A stretch of 64,000 bases of DNA from an uncultured Acidobacteriota bacterium (GCA_963777605.1 CAVZRV010000007.1:352001-416000), one strand, 5' to 3'. Positions 1 through 9,583 are shown, numbered from the stretch's first letter. A program made the numbers and translations. Notes: generated by a model from the letters alone, not told the origin.

Positions 1-2041
1 CCGACATCCGCTCGGCTTCGACCACCCGTTCGTAGGCGATGATTCCCGTGTCAGAGGTGACGACTATGTACCCGTCAACAAAGTCTTCGAAATCCGCCTC
101 CGAGAACAGCCCGTCGACGACCGTATCGTCCGGATTGGTATCGCGCGCCCAGGTAACGAAAACGGTACGCGAAGCCATCTGCCGGTTCGTACTGTCGATT
201 GCCACCCCGTCAGGTCCGTACAGGGTAATCGTGGCCGTCATCGTCTGGCGGTTCTTGTTCAAAAGCACAAGTTCAGTCTGCCGGCCGTCCAACACCTGGA
301 TTTCGGGAATCACGACCTTCTGGGAAGTTCCTGGAGAAGCGACCGCACCGTCCAACCGCGTCAGGAGCCGGTCCCCGGTCAGGAAGAAGCTCTTCAAGCC
401 GGCGACATCGCTGTCCACGTCGAACCAGCCTTCAATATCTCCGCCCGCCGCACTCTGCAGGATCTCGTCGGCTGTCTCCGCAAACTGGGTTTCGGCCGGG
501 ATCGCTACTTCACGAGGGTTGACGTATTCCACAACGTCTTCGGTGGCCGTGTCGTCCTGAAACTGGCCACCCGAGTTGCTGAAACCGGTGATCACGACAC
601 TGGCATCGTCAGGTTCCGGGTTGGTGATCGCTACCCCAGTGAACCAGGTGTTGTCGGAAAGCACCCGCTGGATCGAAAATTGGGTCGAGCTTTCGACAAA
701 CTCGAGGGCGTTTGCATTAAAGTCGGCCACCACCAAAGTCTGCCCGTTTGGAGTGAATCCGATTTGCAGTGGCGCCGAAGAAACAAACGTTCCGTCGGCC
801 CGCTCGACCGCCCCGCCCATCTGCGTGTAGCGCGGTACCTCGTTGGTTTCCAGGTTGTACGAAATCAACTCGTCTGAAATCGGAGTCGCCAGATACATCC
901 ACACCCCGTCCGCAGAAAAGGCCGGCTTCGAACGAGGCCGGAACTCACTCCTGAGCGGCGTGAACTTACGGGATTCGCCGGTTTCCGGGTTGATGAAGTA
1001 GAGTTCCAGGCTGCAGATGACGAGAAACTCGTTTTTCGGGGTCCAGTAAACTCCGGTAGCCGCCCCTCCTACCCAGTAACGGGCAAACTCCTCGGTTTCC
1101 AGGTCGAGCACCCAGAGTCGATCGGTCGCCAACTCGGGCACCTGCGACGTCGAACTGATCAGCTGGTCAGTGATGGCCAGATAACGTCCGTCCGGAGAAA
1201 TGATCATCGAGGTCGATGCCGAGAAGTCCTGATAGGGCTCACCGGTGGCGGCTCCTGTTTCCGGCGCATATTTCTTGGTGAGGGTAAAACTCTCCCGGTC
1301 AACCACTGCAATCGAATCCGGCGTTGCCACCTTGTCCAGGTAGTACGACCCGACCAGGGAAATGGCGATGAAGCTTCCGTCCGGCGCCATAGCCAGCCAT
1401 TGTGGCCTGGTCCCCTGGACGAACTGGACCCGGGGGGCAATCTCTTCGGCAGTCTCGAGGCTGAAGCGAATCAACTGGTCGGTTCCGGCGGATGCCACGT
1501 AACCAATCTTGCCGTCCGGAGAAAAGACGATGTTGTTGGCGAAAGAGAGAAACGTGTCGGCAAGATCGACGGTTCTCACCTCATTGGTGTCCATATCGAT
1601 CAGGGCAATCCGGGCAACGTTCTCACCGATGAAGTTGGGCGGCTCAGGGATGTTCCGCCTGAGGAGGAGGCAGGTGACCACGATGGTCTTGCCGTCCGGC
1701 GCCAAAAAGAGCTGATTGGGGTTGTCGCCGACCGTGATGAAATCGAGGATTTCTCCCGAGACCGGGTTGAACACCATGACCTTGTCCGACCCGGAGATGC
1801 TGATGAACGCCCTCGTTGAATCGGGGGCAAACACAAGGTTGGGAGCAAAATTCAAGTCGGTCGTCGAAGAAGATCCTGTTTTCGAGATTTCCAGGTTTCC
1901 CGAAACCACCGGGAGGAGATTGGTGTCGAAATGTAGAGTGTCATCTACATCGGCCAGGTTTACGTGCTCGTAGACTCTCTGACCATACAGGGGACCGATA
2001 CTCAGGAAAAGAGCTGCCGCCAGCAGCCATCTCAAAGCCAT
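1..2041 (-). CDS. Secreted YncE/YVTN-like beta-propeller surface protein, 3' end runs off the window
   Basis: Missing from the ORF track because no stop lies in the window. Manual translation from ATG 2041 gives MALRWLLAAALFLSIGPLYGQ (signal peptide) followed by propeller-like blades (FAPDSTRAFISISGSDKVMVFNPVSGEILDFITVGDNPNQLFLAPDGKT). The antisense shadow ORFs at 39, 576, 1509 and 1716 all share one frame, consistent with an unbroken gene. Confidence 0.8.
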   Translation of the reverse strand, partial: MALRWLLAAALFLSIGPLYGQRVYEHVNLADVDDTLHFDTNLLPVVSGNLEISKTGSSSTTDLNFAPNLVFAPDSTRAFISISGSDKVMVFNPVSGEILDFITVGDNPNQLFLAPDGKTIVVTCLLLRRNIPEPPNFIGENVARIALIDMDTNEVRTVDLADTFLSFANNIVFSPDGKIGYVASAGTDQLIRFSLETAEEIAPRVQFVQGTRPQWLAMAPDGSFIAISLVGSYYLDKVATPDSIAVVDRESFTLTKKYAPETGAATGEPYQDFSASTSMIISPDGRYLAITDQLISSTSQVPELATDRLWVLDLETEEFARYWVGGAATGVYWTPKNEFLVICSLELYFINPETGESRKFTPLRSEFRPRSKPAFSADGVWMYLATPISDELISYNLETNEVPRYTQMGGAVERADGTFVSSAPLQIGFTPNGQTLVVADFNANALEFVESSTQFSIQRVLSDNTWFTGVAITNPEPDDASVVITGFSNSGGQFQDDTATEDVVEYVNPREVAIPAETQFAETADEILQSAAGGDIEGWFDVDSDVAGLKSFFLTGDRLLTRLDGAVASPGTSQKVVIPEIQVLDGRQTELVLLNKNRQTMTATITLYGPDGVAIDSTNRQMASRTVFVTWARDTNPDDTVVDGLFSEADFEDFVDGYIVVTSDTGIIAYERVVEAERMS

Positions 2042-2091
2042 AAGCTCACCATTATACAGACTTGATGTCCATTCAATATCAGCGGGTCAAA

Positions 2092-2379
2092 TTATGATTG
2101 ACGGGCTGCGATTCGAATTCTTTCAACAAGGCCACAACCCCAGAATGCATTCACCCGCCCAGCGATCATGGGAGCCAAATCGGCACAGGACGCCCATCCC
2201 TCGGCTTTTGCCTCCAACGTCAGGCGCCCCCCTTCCAGTGCGACCGGAACAAGGTTCCCGGCCAGTCGCTCTCCCACTATTTCAGGCCACAGTTCCTGGA
2301 GCAGGATCAGCGCAAGTTCAGGCTTTCGAGCTACCTCTCTTAAGATTGAAGGAAAACAGTCACGGAGTGGACGCATCAC
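2092..2379 (-). CDS. DciA/DUF721 family protein
   Basis: 95 aa with the WPEIVGERLA...PVALEGGRLTL...W pattern and a terminal VERIRI strand, typical of DUF721. Confidence 0.75.
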   Translation of the reverse strand: MMRPLRDCFPSILREVARKPELALILLQELWPEIVGERLAGNLVPVALEGGRLTLEAKAEGWASCADLAPMIAGRVNAFWGCGLVERIRIAARQS

Positions 2380-2380
2380 T

Positions 2381-3277
2381 TCAGTTCCCGGCTGGAAGTC
2401 GCCTTATTCGGTCGCCAAAGAATTCCGACTCCGGAACCTTCGCGTTCATCTCGATCATGTCCGGCTTGTAAGAAACAATCTTCCCAGCCGAATCAAGCCC
2501 CACCACCAGGCGCCCGAGAAAGCGTCCTCTTTCGACCGTATTCAGGACTACGGCATTCTGTACCTGGCTCGGGCGAGCCAGGAAGAACCGTCGTTCCATC
2601 GCGATTATTACGTAGATTTCGGGGTTGGCGTCCGCCAGTCTTTTCAGGACGTCACCGGGTAGATCGGCCAGCACTACGAGGAAGTCAGCTTCTTGAAGAA
2701 CCTTTTCCTTGATCCGGGCAACGGCTTCCAGAGGATCGATTCCCGAAAACCCCGAACGTGGAGGAACCCGGGCCGTGTCCGCCAAACCCAAAAACCCAAT
2801 CCGAACATCGGCATCCCCGACCCTTACCGTCTTGATTGCGTAAGGGGCCGGCGCAGCGGCGGAAGACGGGGCCTTCAGGTTAGTCGAGATCACCTCCGCC
2901 CTGGTGAGCATCACCTGCGACAAGGTGGGCCAGTAGTGGAGATCGTCCGCCGTGAGGTTGAAAACATCGACCGGGATCCTGTCCAGGGCCTCGGTCATGA
3001 GTTCGTTAATGGGAGTGGAGGCCGGGCCCGCAGGCCTGAAATAGCCTCCGGCGTCAACGCTGATCACCGGCCCCGCATGCTCCTGCCTGTAGTTGTCGAT
3101 GTAGCCGGCTCTCCGAGCCAGTCCCCCGGTGGGGTTGACCTTTCACCCACAAGGTTCGTGTGCGCCATGGACGTAGCCGGTAAAGAAAAGGGTGAGCTCA
3201 CCCTGCCCGAACAGGCTGCTTCCCGAGCCCACAACAAACAGGCCGACGACCAACGAAACCAGGAAACGAATCCGCAT
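2381..3277 (-). CDS. Secreted UshA/5'-nucleotidase-like probable selenoprotein (in-frame TGA at 3143-3145 read as Sec)
   Basis: ATG 3277 gives MRIRFLVSLVVGLFVVGSGSSLFGQGELTLFFTGYVHGAHEPCG*KVNPTGGLARRAGYIDNYR..VISVDAGGYF, in frame with ORF 2381..3067. The EPCG-U...GGLARR...VDAG pattern matches the UshA-like (seleno)protein N-terminus. Confidence 0.88.
3105..3142 (-). promoter_or_regulatory. Candidate bacterial SECIS element
   Basis: Downstream of the TGA lie GTC-AA-CCCC-ACC-GGGG-GAC and then the hairpin CTGGCTC-GGA-GAGCCGG, whose G-starting loop is 28 nt after the TGA. Confidence 0.55.
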
Positions 3278-3377
3278 CACGTTGGAGATTCTAACGGAAT
3301 CTGTCCCGCCTGGTCAGATATTCTCTTTACAAAGAACACGGCGGTTAGGTAAAACTCGGAGATCCGGAGCGCACTTT

Positions 3378-3893
3378 ATGCACCAGACCCTGTTGCTCAA
3401 TGCGACCTACGAACCGTTGCAGATCGTTTCATGGAAGCGCGCCGTCAAAATGCACTTTCAGGAGAAGGTTGAGATCCTGGAGCACCACAACCGCGAAATC
3501 CGAAGCGTCCGGATGTCGATGAAAGTCCCATCGGTGATCCGCCTGGTCAGTTATGCGCAGATTCGCCGTCGCCACGTCGCAATTCGATTCTCGCGTCAGA
3601 ATCTCTTCGCCCGCGACAAGTTCCGCTGCCAGTATTGTGGCAGCCGTCTACCCTCTTCCGACCTCACCTACGACCACGTTTTACCGGTTGCCCGCGGCGG
3701 CCGAAAAACCTGGGAGAACATCGTCACATCCTGTATGCGCTGCAATCGGGAAAAGGGCAACCGCACCCCTGAGGAAGCGGGGATGCGCATCCTGAAGCGG
3801 CCCTCCGCCCCTCTCGGCTTCCCCGCGAAGATCCAGCTTCTTTTCCATCGGATCCAGGCTCCCGAGAACTGGCAAGCCTACATTTTCAGCTGA
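3378..3893 (+). CDS. HNH endonuclease (McrA-like/HNH_5)
   Basis: LLLNATYEPL N-terminus, then SRQNLFARDKFRCQYCG, DHVLPVARGG..WEN, CMRCNREKG. Start re-set to ATG 3378. Confidence 0.92.
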   Translation: MHQTLLLNATYEPLQIVSWKRAVKMHFQEKVEILEHHNREIRSVRMSMKVPSVIRLVSYAQIRRRHVAIRFSRQNLFARDKFRCQYCGSRLPSSDLTYDHVLPVARGGRKTWENIVTSCMRCNREKGNRTPEEAGMRILKRPSAPLGFPAKIQLLFHRIQAPENWQAYIFS

Positions 3894-4619
3894 ATGGGTC
3901 GAGCAGTGATCTATCCCATTACGCTGGCACTGTTTGCAAGGTATCCTCGCCTTGGAGAGGTCAAGAGCCGGCTTGCCGCGCGAATTGGTGAAGTTGCTGC
4001 ACTTCGAGTTTACCGTGCGCTCCTTTCCGACTCAGTGCTTCACTTCGGGAGTCTTCCTGCAGCTCGAAAGGTCCTTTACTTGACCGGCTGCAGCCGAGAA
4101 GAGGCGGACCGGTTCCTGTCGGAGGAGCCAAACGCAGCCGGCTTCAAAGTAGACCTGCAAGGCGAGGGCGACCTGGGTTCCCGGATGTGCGCGGTCGCCG
4201 ATACTGCCCTCCGTGAGTCGGGTGGGATCGTCTTCCTCGGCAGCGACAGCCCCACCGTTCCCCTTCCCTACCTCCGGCGAGCACTCGACGAGGTGGCAAG
4301 AGGGACTCCAGTCGTCCTCGGGCCGTCCTGCGACGGGGGGTATTTTCTGATCGGACTCTCGCGGCCGCGGCCTGAACTCTTTCACGACATCGATTGGGGA
4401 AGCGACCTTGTTCTCAGCCAAACCGTTGGCCGAATCTCGAGCGAAGACGTTCTCCTTCTTCCCTACTGGTACGACATTGATCAATGGGAAGACCTTGCCC
4501 TCTTGCGCCTGGACATCTCTCGAAGCCCCGCCTCCACCTTTCCCGGACTGCGCTCGCTCATGATCGATGACGGTGTCCCGTCCGGGCCGAAACCATGTGA
4601 TTCAAAGCGGATCTGGTAA
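3894..4619 (+). CDS. TIGR04282/DUF2064 family glycosyltransferase-like protein
   Basis: FARYPRLGEVKSRLA, QGEGDLGSRM, GSDSP, LGPSCDGGYFLIGL and DID motifs. Confidence 0.88.
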   Translation: MGRAVIYPITLALFARYPRLGEVKSRLAARIGEVAALRVYRALLSDSVLHFGSLPAARKVLYLTGCSREEADRFLSEEPNAAGFKVDLQGEGDLGSRMCAVADTALRESGGIVFLGSDSPTVPLPYLRRALDEVARGTPVVLGPSCDGGYFLIGLSRPRPELFHDIDWGSDLVLSQTVGRISSEDVLLLPYWYDIDQWEDLALLRLDISRSPASTFPGLRSLMIDDGVPSGPKPCDSKRIW

Positions 4620-4739
4620 ACCGCTTGTGATACTTTTAGTAAGGATGTGCCATCTACTATTCATGGGTGCCGATCAAGTTGACCGGCCCAAGTTAGGACT
4701 CTTTAGAATCATCGGGTTGACGAGAGGGAACGCTGACTG

Positions 4740-5597
4740 ATGTCCGACGAGCAACAGACGCTCTTCGAAAAAGTCAAGAATGGGCTGGAGAACCTTCTGG
4801 CGTTGAAGGTAACGGATGCGGAGCGGGTTCGCTACGCGGACGACCCACTCAACGTTTTCGGGGAGGATTTTTCCAACCAGCGACCGCTGAGAGTCGCCGC
4901 CACCCTGGCTATTCTGTTCCACATCCTGCTCTTTCTGGTCAGCCTTCCTTTCCTGCAACGGCAGATTTTCGTCCCGACCAAGGAGGTCCTGCCACTTCGC
5001 CAGTTGGCGCTTCCTTCACTTCCCAAAGGCGGAGGGCCGCCCGAACCCCAGGTTCCGAAGCCAAAACCGGAACAGGCCGTCCCGAAGCCTAAACCAGTTC
5101 TCGTGCCAATCCCTGATCCGACTCCGCTCGAACCCGAACCGATCCAGCGCGAGGCCGTTGTGGACACTCCCAAGGTCCTTGACGAAGTTGCGTCGGAGTT
5201 GAGCATGGGTGACATCAGTGCGCCGGCCGGACACGGCCAGGGCGTGGAAGGGACCGGGACCGGGATGTCGAGCGGAGAAGGCCCCGCCGCCGGTGCGGGT
5301 GACGGCGTCTACACGCTGGGCAGCGGAGTGACGAATCCCGTTCCGATCAAGCAGACCACCCCCAGTTACACGGATGAAGCGATCAAGGCCAAGGCCCAGG
5401 GTGTAGTTCTCCTGCAGGCGATCATCCGAAAAGATGGTCGGGTAACCGATTTCAAAGTCATCAGAGGCCTGGGTTTCGGGCTGGAGGAAAAGGCAATCGA
5501 AGAAATCGCTTCCAACTGGAGGTTTCGCCCCGGGACACTGCAAGGCAGACCCGTGGACGTGCTGGCGACGATTGAAGTTCAGTTCAATCTGCGCTGA
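4740..5597 (+). CDS. Energy transducer TonB family protein
   Basis: TM helix with His (ILFHILLF), Pro-rich spacer, C-terminal PSYTDEA..GVVLLQAII..DGRV..GLGFGLEEKA..WRFRPG domain. Confidence 0.9.
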   Translation: MSDEQQTLFEKVKNGLENLLALKVTDAERVRYADDPLNVFGEDFSNQRPLRVAATLAILFHILLFLVSLPFLQRQIFVPTKEVLPLRQLALPSLPKGGGPPEPQVPKPKPEQAVPKPKPVLVPIPDPTPLEPEPIQREAVVDTPKVLDEVASELSMGDISAPAGHGQGVEGTGTGMSSGEGPAAGAGDGVYTLGSGVTNPVPIKQTTPSYTDEAIKAKAQGVVLLQAIIRKDGRVTDFKVIRGLGFGLEEKAIEEIASNWRFRPGTLQGRPVDVLATIEVQFNLR

Positions 5598-5642
5598 TTC
5601 CGAGTTCTCTCTCTTGCGATCTCTCGTTTCCGACTAAAATTC

Positions 5643-6758
5643 ATGCACAGACTGGCGTTTACTGTGGGCGCGGGCGTTTTCCTGTTCGACTTTCTCACCA
5701 AGTGGATCGTCAAGAACACGCTGGCACTCCATTACTATCCCATCATCAACGGCTTCGTAACCCTTCAGTACGTCCGCAACGAAGGTATTGCGTTCGGCAT
5801 GTTCCGCAACCTTCAGAACGACTGGAAGCCGGTGATTCTGTCTGCAATAGCGGTCATTGCGATCGCTGTCGTCTGCTACTACATCCTTTCCCTGCCCCGC
5901 ACCGATCGGCTCATGTTCCTGGCGCTCGGACTCCTGCTGGGAGGAATCGCAGGCAATTTTCTCGACCGTGCGATGCACGGATACGTGGTTGATTTCGTCA
6001 CACTCCACATCTATGACTGGTTTGCCTGGCCAACCTTCAACCTGGCTGACACTGCGATTACCTGCGGTGTATTCCTGATCCTCATTCAAACATTCATGTT
6101 CGAGGACGAGCCATCGTCGAACCAGGGTCACTCCGCCGGCGCCTTGTTCCTTCCCCTGCTGCTTCTCTCGCCCAGCCCAGTCGCTACCGACCAGATCGTC
6201 CACCAACTGCAGCGGGAGTATGAACACATCCACTCCTTTCGGGCTGACTTCCGGCAGATCTTCAGGAGCCGGGGGATTGAGCAAACCGAGACCGGGATTG
6301 TTATGATGAAGCGTCCCGGAAAGATGTACTGGGAGTACAAAGAACCGAAACTCAAGATCTTCGTAGCTGATGGCAAAAAGACTTTCTTCTATGTTCCTGC
6401 TGACAAACAGGTGATTGTTTCCAGCCTCGACCTTGAAAACAGTGACTCTCCATTGCTTTTCCTGCTCGGCATGGGAAATATCGAGCGTGACTTCCTGGTT
6501 TCCCTCGAATCGGAGGACGGTCCAGAGGCCGCAGATACGCTCCTGCTCCGTTTGACGCCGAGAACTCCCCAGCCTGAGTTCTCTTACCTCTTGGCTGCGG
6601 TGGAGAAAGAGAAATACTGGATTCGCCGACTGACCGTGGTTGAGCCAATCGGGCAGGAGAACGAATACGTGTTGTCGAACGTCGAGCAGAATGTAGACAT
6701 TCCCGACAAGAGATTTCAATTCAAGATACCTTCGAACGCCGAAGTCATACAGCAGTAA
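5643..6758 (+). CDS. lspA-lolA: Fused signal peptidase II (LspA) and outer-membrane lipoprotein carrier (LolA)
   Basis: The N-terminal ~150 aa carry DFLTK, NEGIAFG, GNFLDR, VVDF and FNLAD (LspA). The C-terminal part carries SFRADFRQ, KRPGKMYWEYKEP, VADGKKTFFYVP..KQV and a terminal FQFKIPSNAEVI (LolA). No stop lies between them. Confidence 0.9.
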   Translation: MHRLAFTVGAGVFLFDFLTKWIVKNTLALHYYPIINGFVTLQYVRNEGIAFGMFRNLQNDWKPVILSAIAVIAIAVVCYYILSLPRTDRLMFLALGLLLGGIAGNFLDRAMHGYVVDFVTLHIYDWFAWPTFNLADTAITCGVFLILIQTFMFEDEPSSNQGHSAGALFLPLLLLSPSPVATDQIVHQLQREYEHIHSFRADFRQIFRSRGIEQTETGIVMMKRPGKMYWEYKEPKLKIFVADGKKTFFYVPADKQVIVSSLDLENSDSPLLFLLGMGNIERDFLVSLESEDGPEAADTLLLRLTPRTPQPEFSYLLAAVEKEKYWIRRLTVVEPIGQENEYVLSNVEQNVDIPDKRFQFKIPSNAEVIQQ

Positions 6759-6768
6759 GGGGTGCAGG

Positions 6769-7764
6769 GTGGTCAGAAAGCGCGCTTATATTTCGTCGTT
6801 GGGAATGCATGTTCCGGAAAACCGGGTCACGAACCGGGAGTTGTCAATGCGGGTGGAAACTTCCGACGAGTGGATTCGTGAACGGACCGGTATCTGTGAG
6901 CGACGGATCGTATCCCCCGGTCAGAGCAACAGCGACCTTTCGGCCAAGGCCGCCCAGAAATGTCTTGCTGCAAGCAAGTGGAAACCGGAAGACATCGACC
7001 TGGTCATCGTAGCGACGGTCACGCCCGACATGATGTTCCCTTCGACTGCATGCCTCGTCCAGGAGAAGATCGGAGCGCTGAATGCCTGGGGCTTTGACCT
7101 CTCAGCCGCCTGTTCGGGATTCATCTTCGCGATGGCAACAGGGAGCAGCTTTATCGAGAGCGGTGCGCACCAGCGTGTTCTGATCATCGGAGCTGATGTC
7201 ATGTCGAGCATCGTCAACCCTGACGATCGCGCAACCTGCGTACTGTTCGGAGACGGCGCAGGTGCAGTCCTTCTTGAGGCCACCGAAGACCCCAACACCG
7301 GCATCGTGGACTCGATTCTTCGAGGGGACGGCTCGGGCGGGAAATTCCTGTTCATGCCGGGAGGTGGGTCCCGCAACCCGGCGTCGAAGGAAAGCATCGA
7401 ACAGGGCATGCACTTCGTTCACCAGGACGGACGCAGCGTTTACAAGTTCGCCGTCAAACACATGTCCGATATCTCCTCGGAGATCTTGCAGAGGAATGGG
7501 ATTCCCGCGGAACAGCTCAAGCTCTTCGTCCCGCACCAGGCAAACCTCAGGATCATCCGTTCCACCGCTGAGCGGCTGGGATTGCGGAAGGATCAGATCG
7601 CCGTCAACATTGATCGTTTTGCCAACACGACGGCCGCAACCATCCCTATATGCCTGACCGAGAGCTATGAATCAGGCCGACTCGCCAAGGGAGACACTGT
7701 CCTGCTCTCCAGTTTCGGGGCCGGGTTCACCTGGGGCAGCATTCTTCTCAGATGGGGAATCTAG
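6769..7764 (+). CDS. fabH: 3-oxoacyl-ACP synthase III
   Basis: AACSGF catalytic Cys, FGDGAGA, PHQANLRI, NTTAA and GAGFTWG. Confidence 0.96.
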   Translation: MVRKRAYISSLGMHVPENRVTNRELSMRVETSDEWIRERTGICERRIVSPGQSNSDLSAKAAQKCLAASKWKPEDIDLVIVATVTPDMMFPSTACLVQEKIGALNAWGFDLSAACSGFIFAMATGSSFIESGAHQRVLIIGADVMSSIVNPDDRATCVLFGDGAGAVLLEATEDPNTGIVDSILRGDGSGGKFLFMPGGGSRNPASKESIEQGMHFVHQDGRSVYKFAVKHMSDISSEILQRNGIPAEQLKLFVPHQANLRIIRSTAERLGLRKDQIAVNIDRFANTTAATIPICLTESYESGRLAKGDTVLLSSFGAGFTWGSILLRWGI

Positions 7765-7767
7765 TGG

Positions 7768-8289
7768 TCAGATAAAAAGGTCGTCCTCCGGGTTATCGCG
7801 AACCGGAGTGTGCTCTGTCTTTCTGGAAAACAGGTAGTCAACGCCTACCTTCAATCCTCTGATCACCGAAGAGATCTCGACGATCGGCCGCAGGAGGTCC
7901 TGCTGGACAATGTCGGTGGTTTGACGGAACTTCGCCACGGTATCGCCGACCGTCTCGTCGACTTTGTCGGCCTGTCGTTTCCCCACTTCCACGAAGCGAT
8001 CGACGAGTTGATCCAGATCCCGGGTCCTGGTCTCCACCATCCGGTTGACATCCTCCGCCCGGTTGGAGAGGTTCTCGAAGACTGACTTGAGATGCTCCAA
8101 ACCCGAGACGATGTCCTGCAACCGGGTGAGTACATCCCGGGCATCCTGCTCCAGGTCAGTGGATAATCGGCTCAGACGACTTACCGCATCGCCAGTAGAA
8201 CGCATCGTGCGCCAGACAACAACCGCCTGGGCCACAATCGAGAGGGCCGTAACGCCCACGAAAATTACAAGTAGGACCTCGACCGTCAA
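7768..8289 (-). CDS. Membrane-anchored coiled-coil protein (DUF948/YtxG-like)
   Basis: N-terminal TM followed by heptad-rich helix; lies downstream of the YtxH gene. Confidence 0.65.
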   Translation of the reverse strand: MTVEVLLVIFVGVTALSIVAQAVVVWRTMRSTGDAVSRLSRLSTDLEQDARDVLTRLQDIVSGLEHLKSVFENLSNRAEDVNRMVETRTRDLDQLVDRFVEVGKRQADKVDETVGDTVAKFRQTTDIVQQDLLRPIVEISSVIRGLKVGVDYLFSRKTEHTPVRDNPEDDLFI

Positions 8290-8317
8290 GGCAACTTCCC
8301 CTTACTCACACAGAAAC

Positions 8318-8662
8318 TTAACCTTTTCCGCCGGCTTCAGGCTCCAGCTTGTCCTTCTCTGACTGGTAGGCCTTTTTTCCCGCATCGATCGCCGAGGAAA
8401 TTTGCTCACGCTGATGGTCCACGAGTTCGCGTCCCCGCTCCACAGTCGTGTTCAACTTTTCCCCAAGGTCCTGTTTGACACCGGAGACATAGCCCCGACC
8501 CGACTCGACTTTGCGCTTCACATCGTCAACACCGGTTCGATAGCGATCTCCCAGCAGATCGCGGGTTTCCTGACCCGATTTTGGAGCGAAGAGAAGAGCG
8601 ACTGAAGCCCCCACAAAACCGCCAATCATGAAGTACAAAAGCTTCTCACCACTGTCCGCCAT
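8318..8662 (-). CDS. YtxH domain-containing protein
   Basis: FMIGGFVGASVALLFAPKSGQETR signature. Confidence 0.92.
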   Translation of the reverse strand: MADSGEKLLYFMIGGFVGASVALLFAPKSGQETRDLLGDRYRTGVDDVKRKVESGRGYVSGVKQDLGEKLNTTVERGRELVDHQREQISSAIDAGKKAYQSEKDKLEPEAGGKG

Positions 8663-8740
8663 TATATCTCTCCTTCCTGGAACGTATCCGAATCAAGAGT
8701 TGGTTCGTCTGATCGAAGTTCAAGAGTATCATAAGTTTCG

Positions 8741-9565
8741 ATGGAGCGAGAAGAATCGACCAGGAAGCGGAGCAAGATTCCCAGAGCCCTCACCATCGCC
8801 GGATCCGACAGTGGAGGCGGTGCCGGAATTCAGGCCGATCTGAAGACTTTCGGAGCCTTGGGGGTCCACGGAATGAGCGCCATCACGGCGGTGACGGCAC
8901 AGAATACCAAAGAAGTGCGAAGCATCTTCGGAATTCCCCCCGGGATCGTTCGAGACCAGATTGACGCGGTGGCCGAAGACATCGGTGTCGATGCGGCCAA
9001 GACCGGGATGCTGCACTCATCCGAGATCATCCTGTCCGTCGCTGAAGCCGTCGAGATGCACCAGATTTCACTGCTGGTAGTTGACCCCGTGATGATATCG
9101 ACATCGGGAGCCCGACTGATCGAGGAAGACGCGGTTGAAGCGCTGATAAGAGCACTATTGCCGCTTGCTCTTATCATCACGCCCAACCTCCCGGAAGCGG
9201 GGCAACTGGTTGGGCGCCGATTGGAAGAGGACCACCAGATCTGGAAGGCTGCCGAAGAAATCCTGAGCATGGGCCCTCGAGCCGTGGTTATCAAGGGCGG
9301 GCACCGGCAGGATCCGGCCCGATCCCAGGACTATTACCTCGACGAAGAAGGGCCAGTCCTGCTGGACGCACCCAGGATAGCGACGTCGAACACCCACGGA
9401 AGCGGATGTACCTTTGCGGCTGCGGTCACTGCCTTCCTGGCCCAGGGGCACACTTCCCGGGAGGCCTGTCGGCGCGCCAAGAACTACGTGTCCGAGGCAC
9501 TCCAAAAATCCTTGTCGATCGGCGCGGGACACGGTCCGCTGGGGCACTTCTGGGAGTGGTGGTAG
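8741..9565 (+). CDS. thiD: Hydroxymethylpyrimidine/phosphomethylpyrimidine kinase
   Basis: LTIAGSDSGGGAGIQADLKTF, VDPVM, TPNLPEA and THGSGCT. Confidence 0.96.
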   Translation: MEREESTRKRSKIPRALTIAGSDSGGGAGIQADLKTFGALGVHGMSAITAVTAQNTKEVRSIFGIPPGIVRDQIDAVAEDIGVDAAKTGMLHSSEIILSVAEAVEMHQISLLVVDPVMISTSGARLIEEDAVEALIRALLPLALIITPNLPEAGQLVGRRLEEDHQIWKAAEEILSMGPRAVVIKGGHRQDPARSQDYYLDEEGPVLLDAPRIATSNTHGSGCTFAAAVTAFLAQGHTSREACRRAKNYVSEALQKSLSIGAGHGPLGHFWEWW

Positions 9566-9583
9566 ATCTCCGCCGAGCCTGCT

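Noticed and set aside
3378-3893. HNH nuclease as part of a defence system or mobile element
   Set aside because: It belongs to the widespread stand-alone LLLNATYEPL type, with no methyltransferase, ATPase or integrase neighbours
8663-8740. TPP riboswitch upstream of thiD
   Set aside because: The intergenic gap is only 78 bp and has no CTGAGA core
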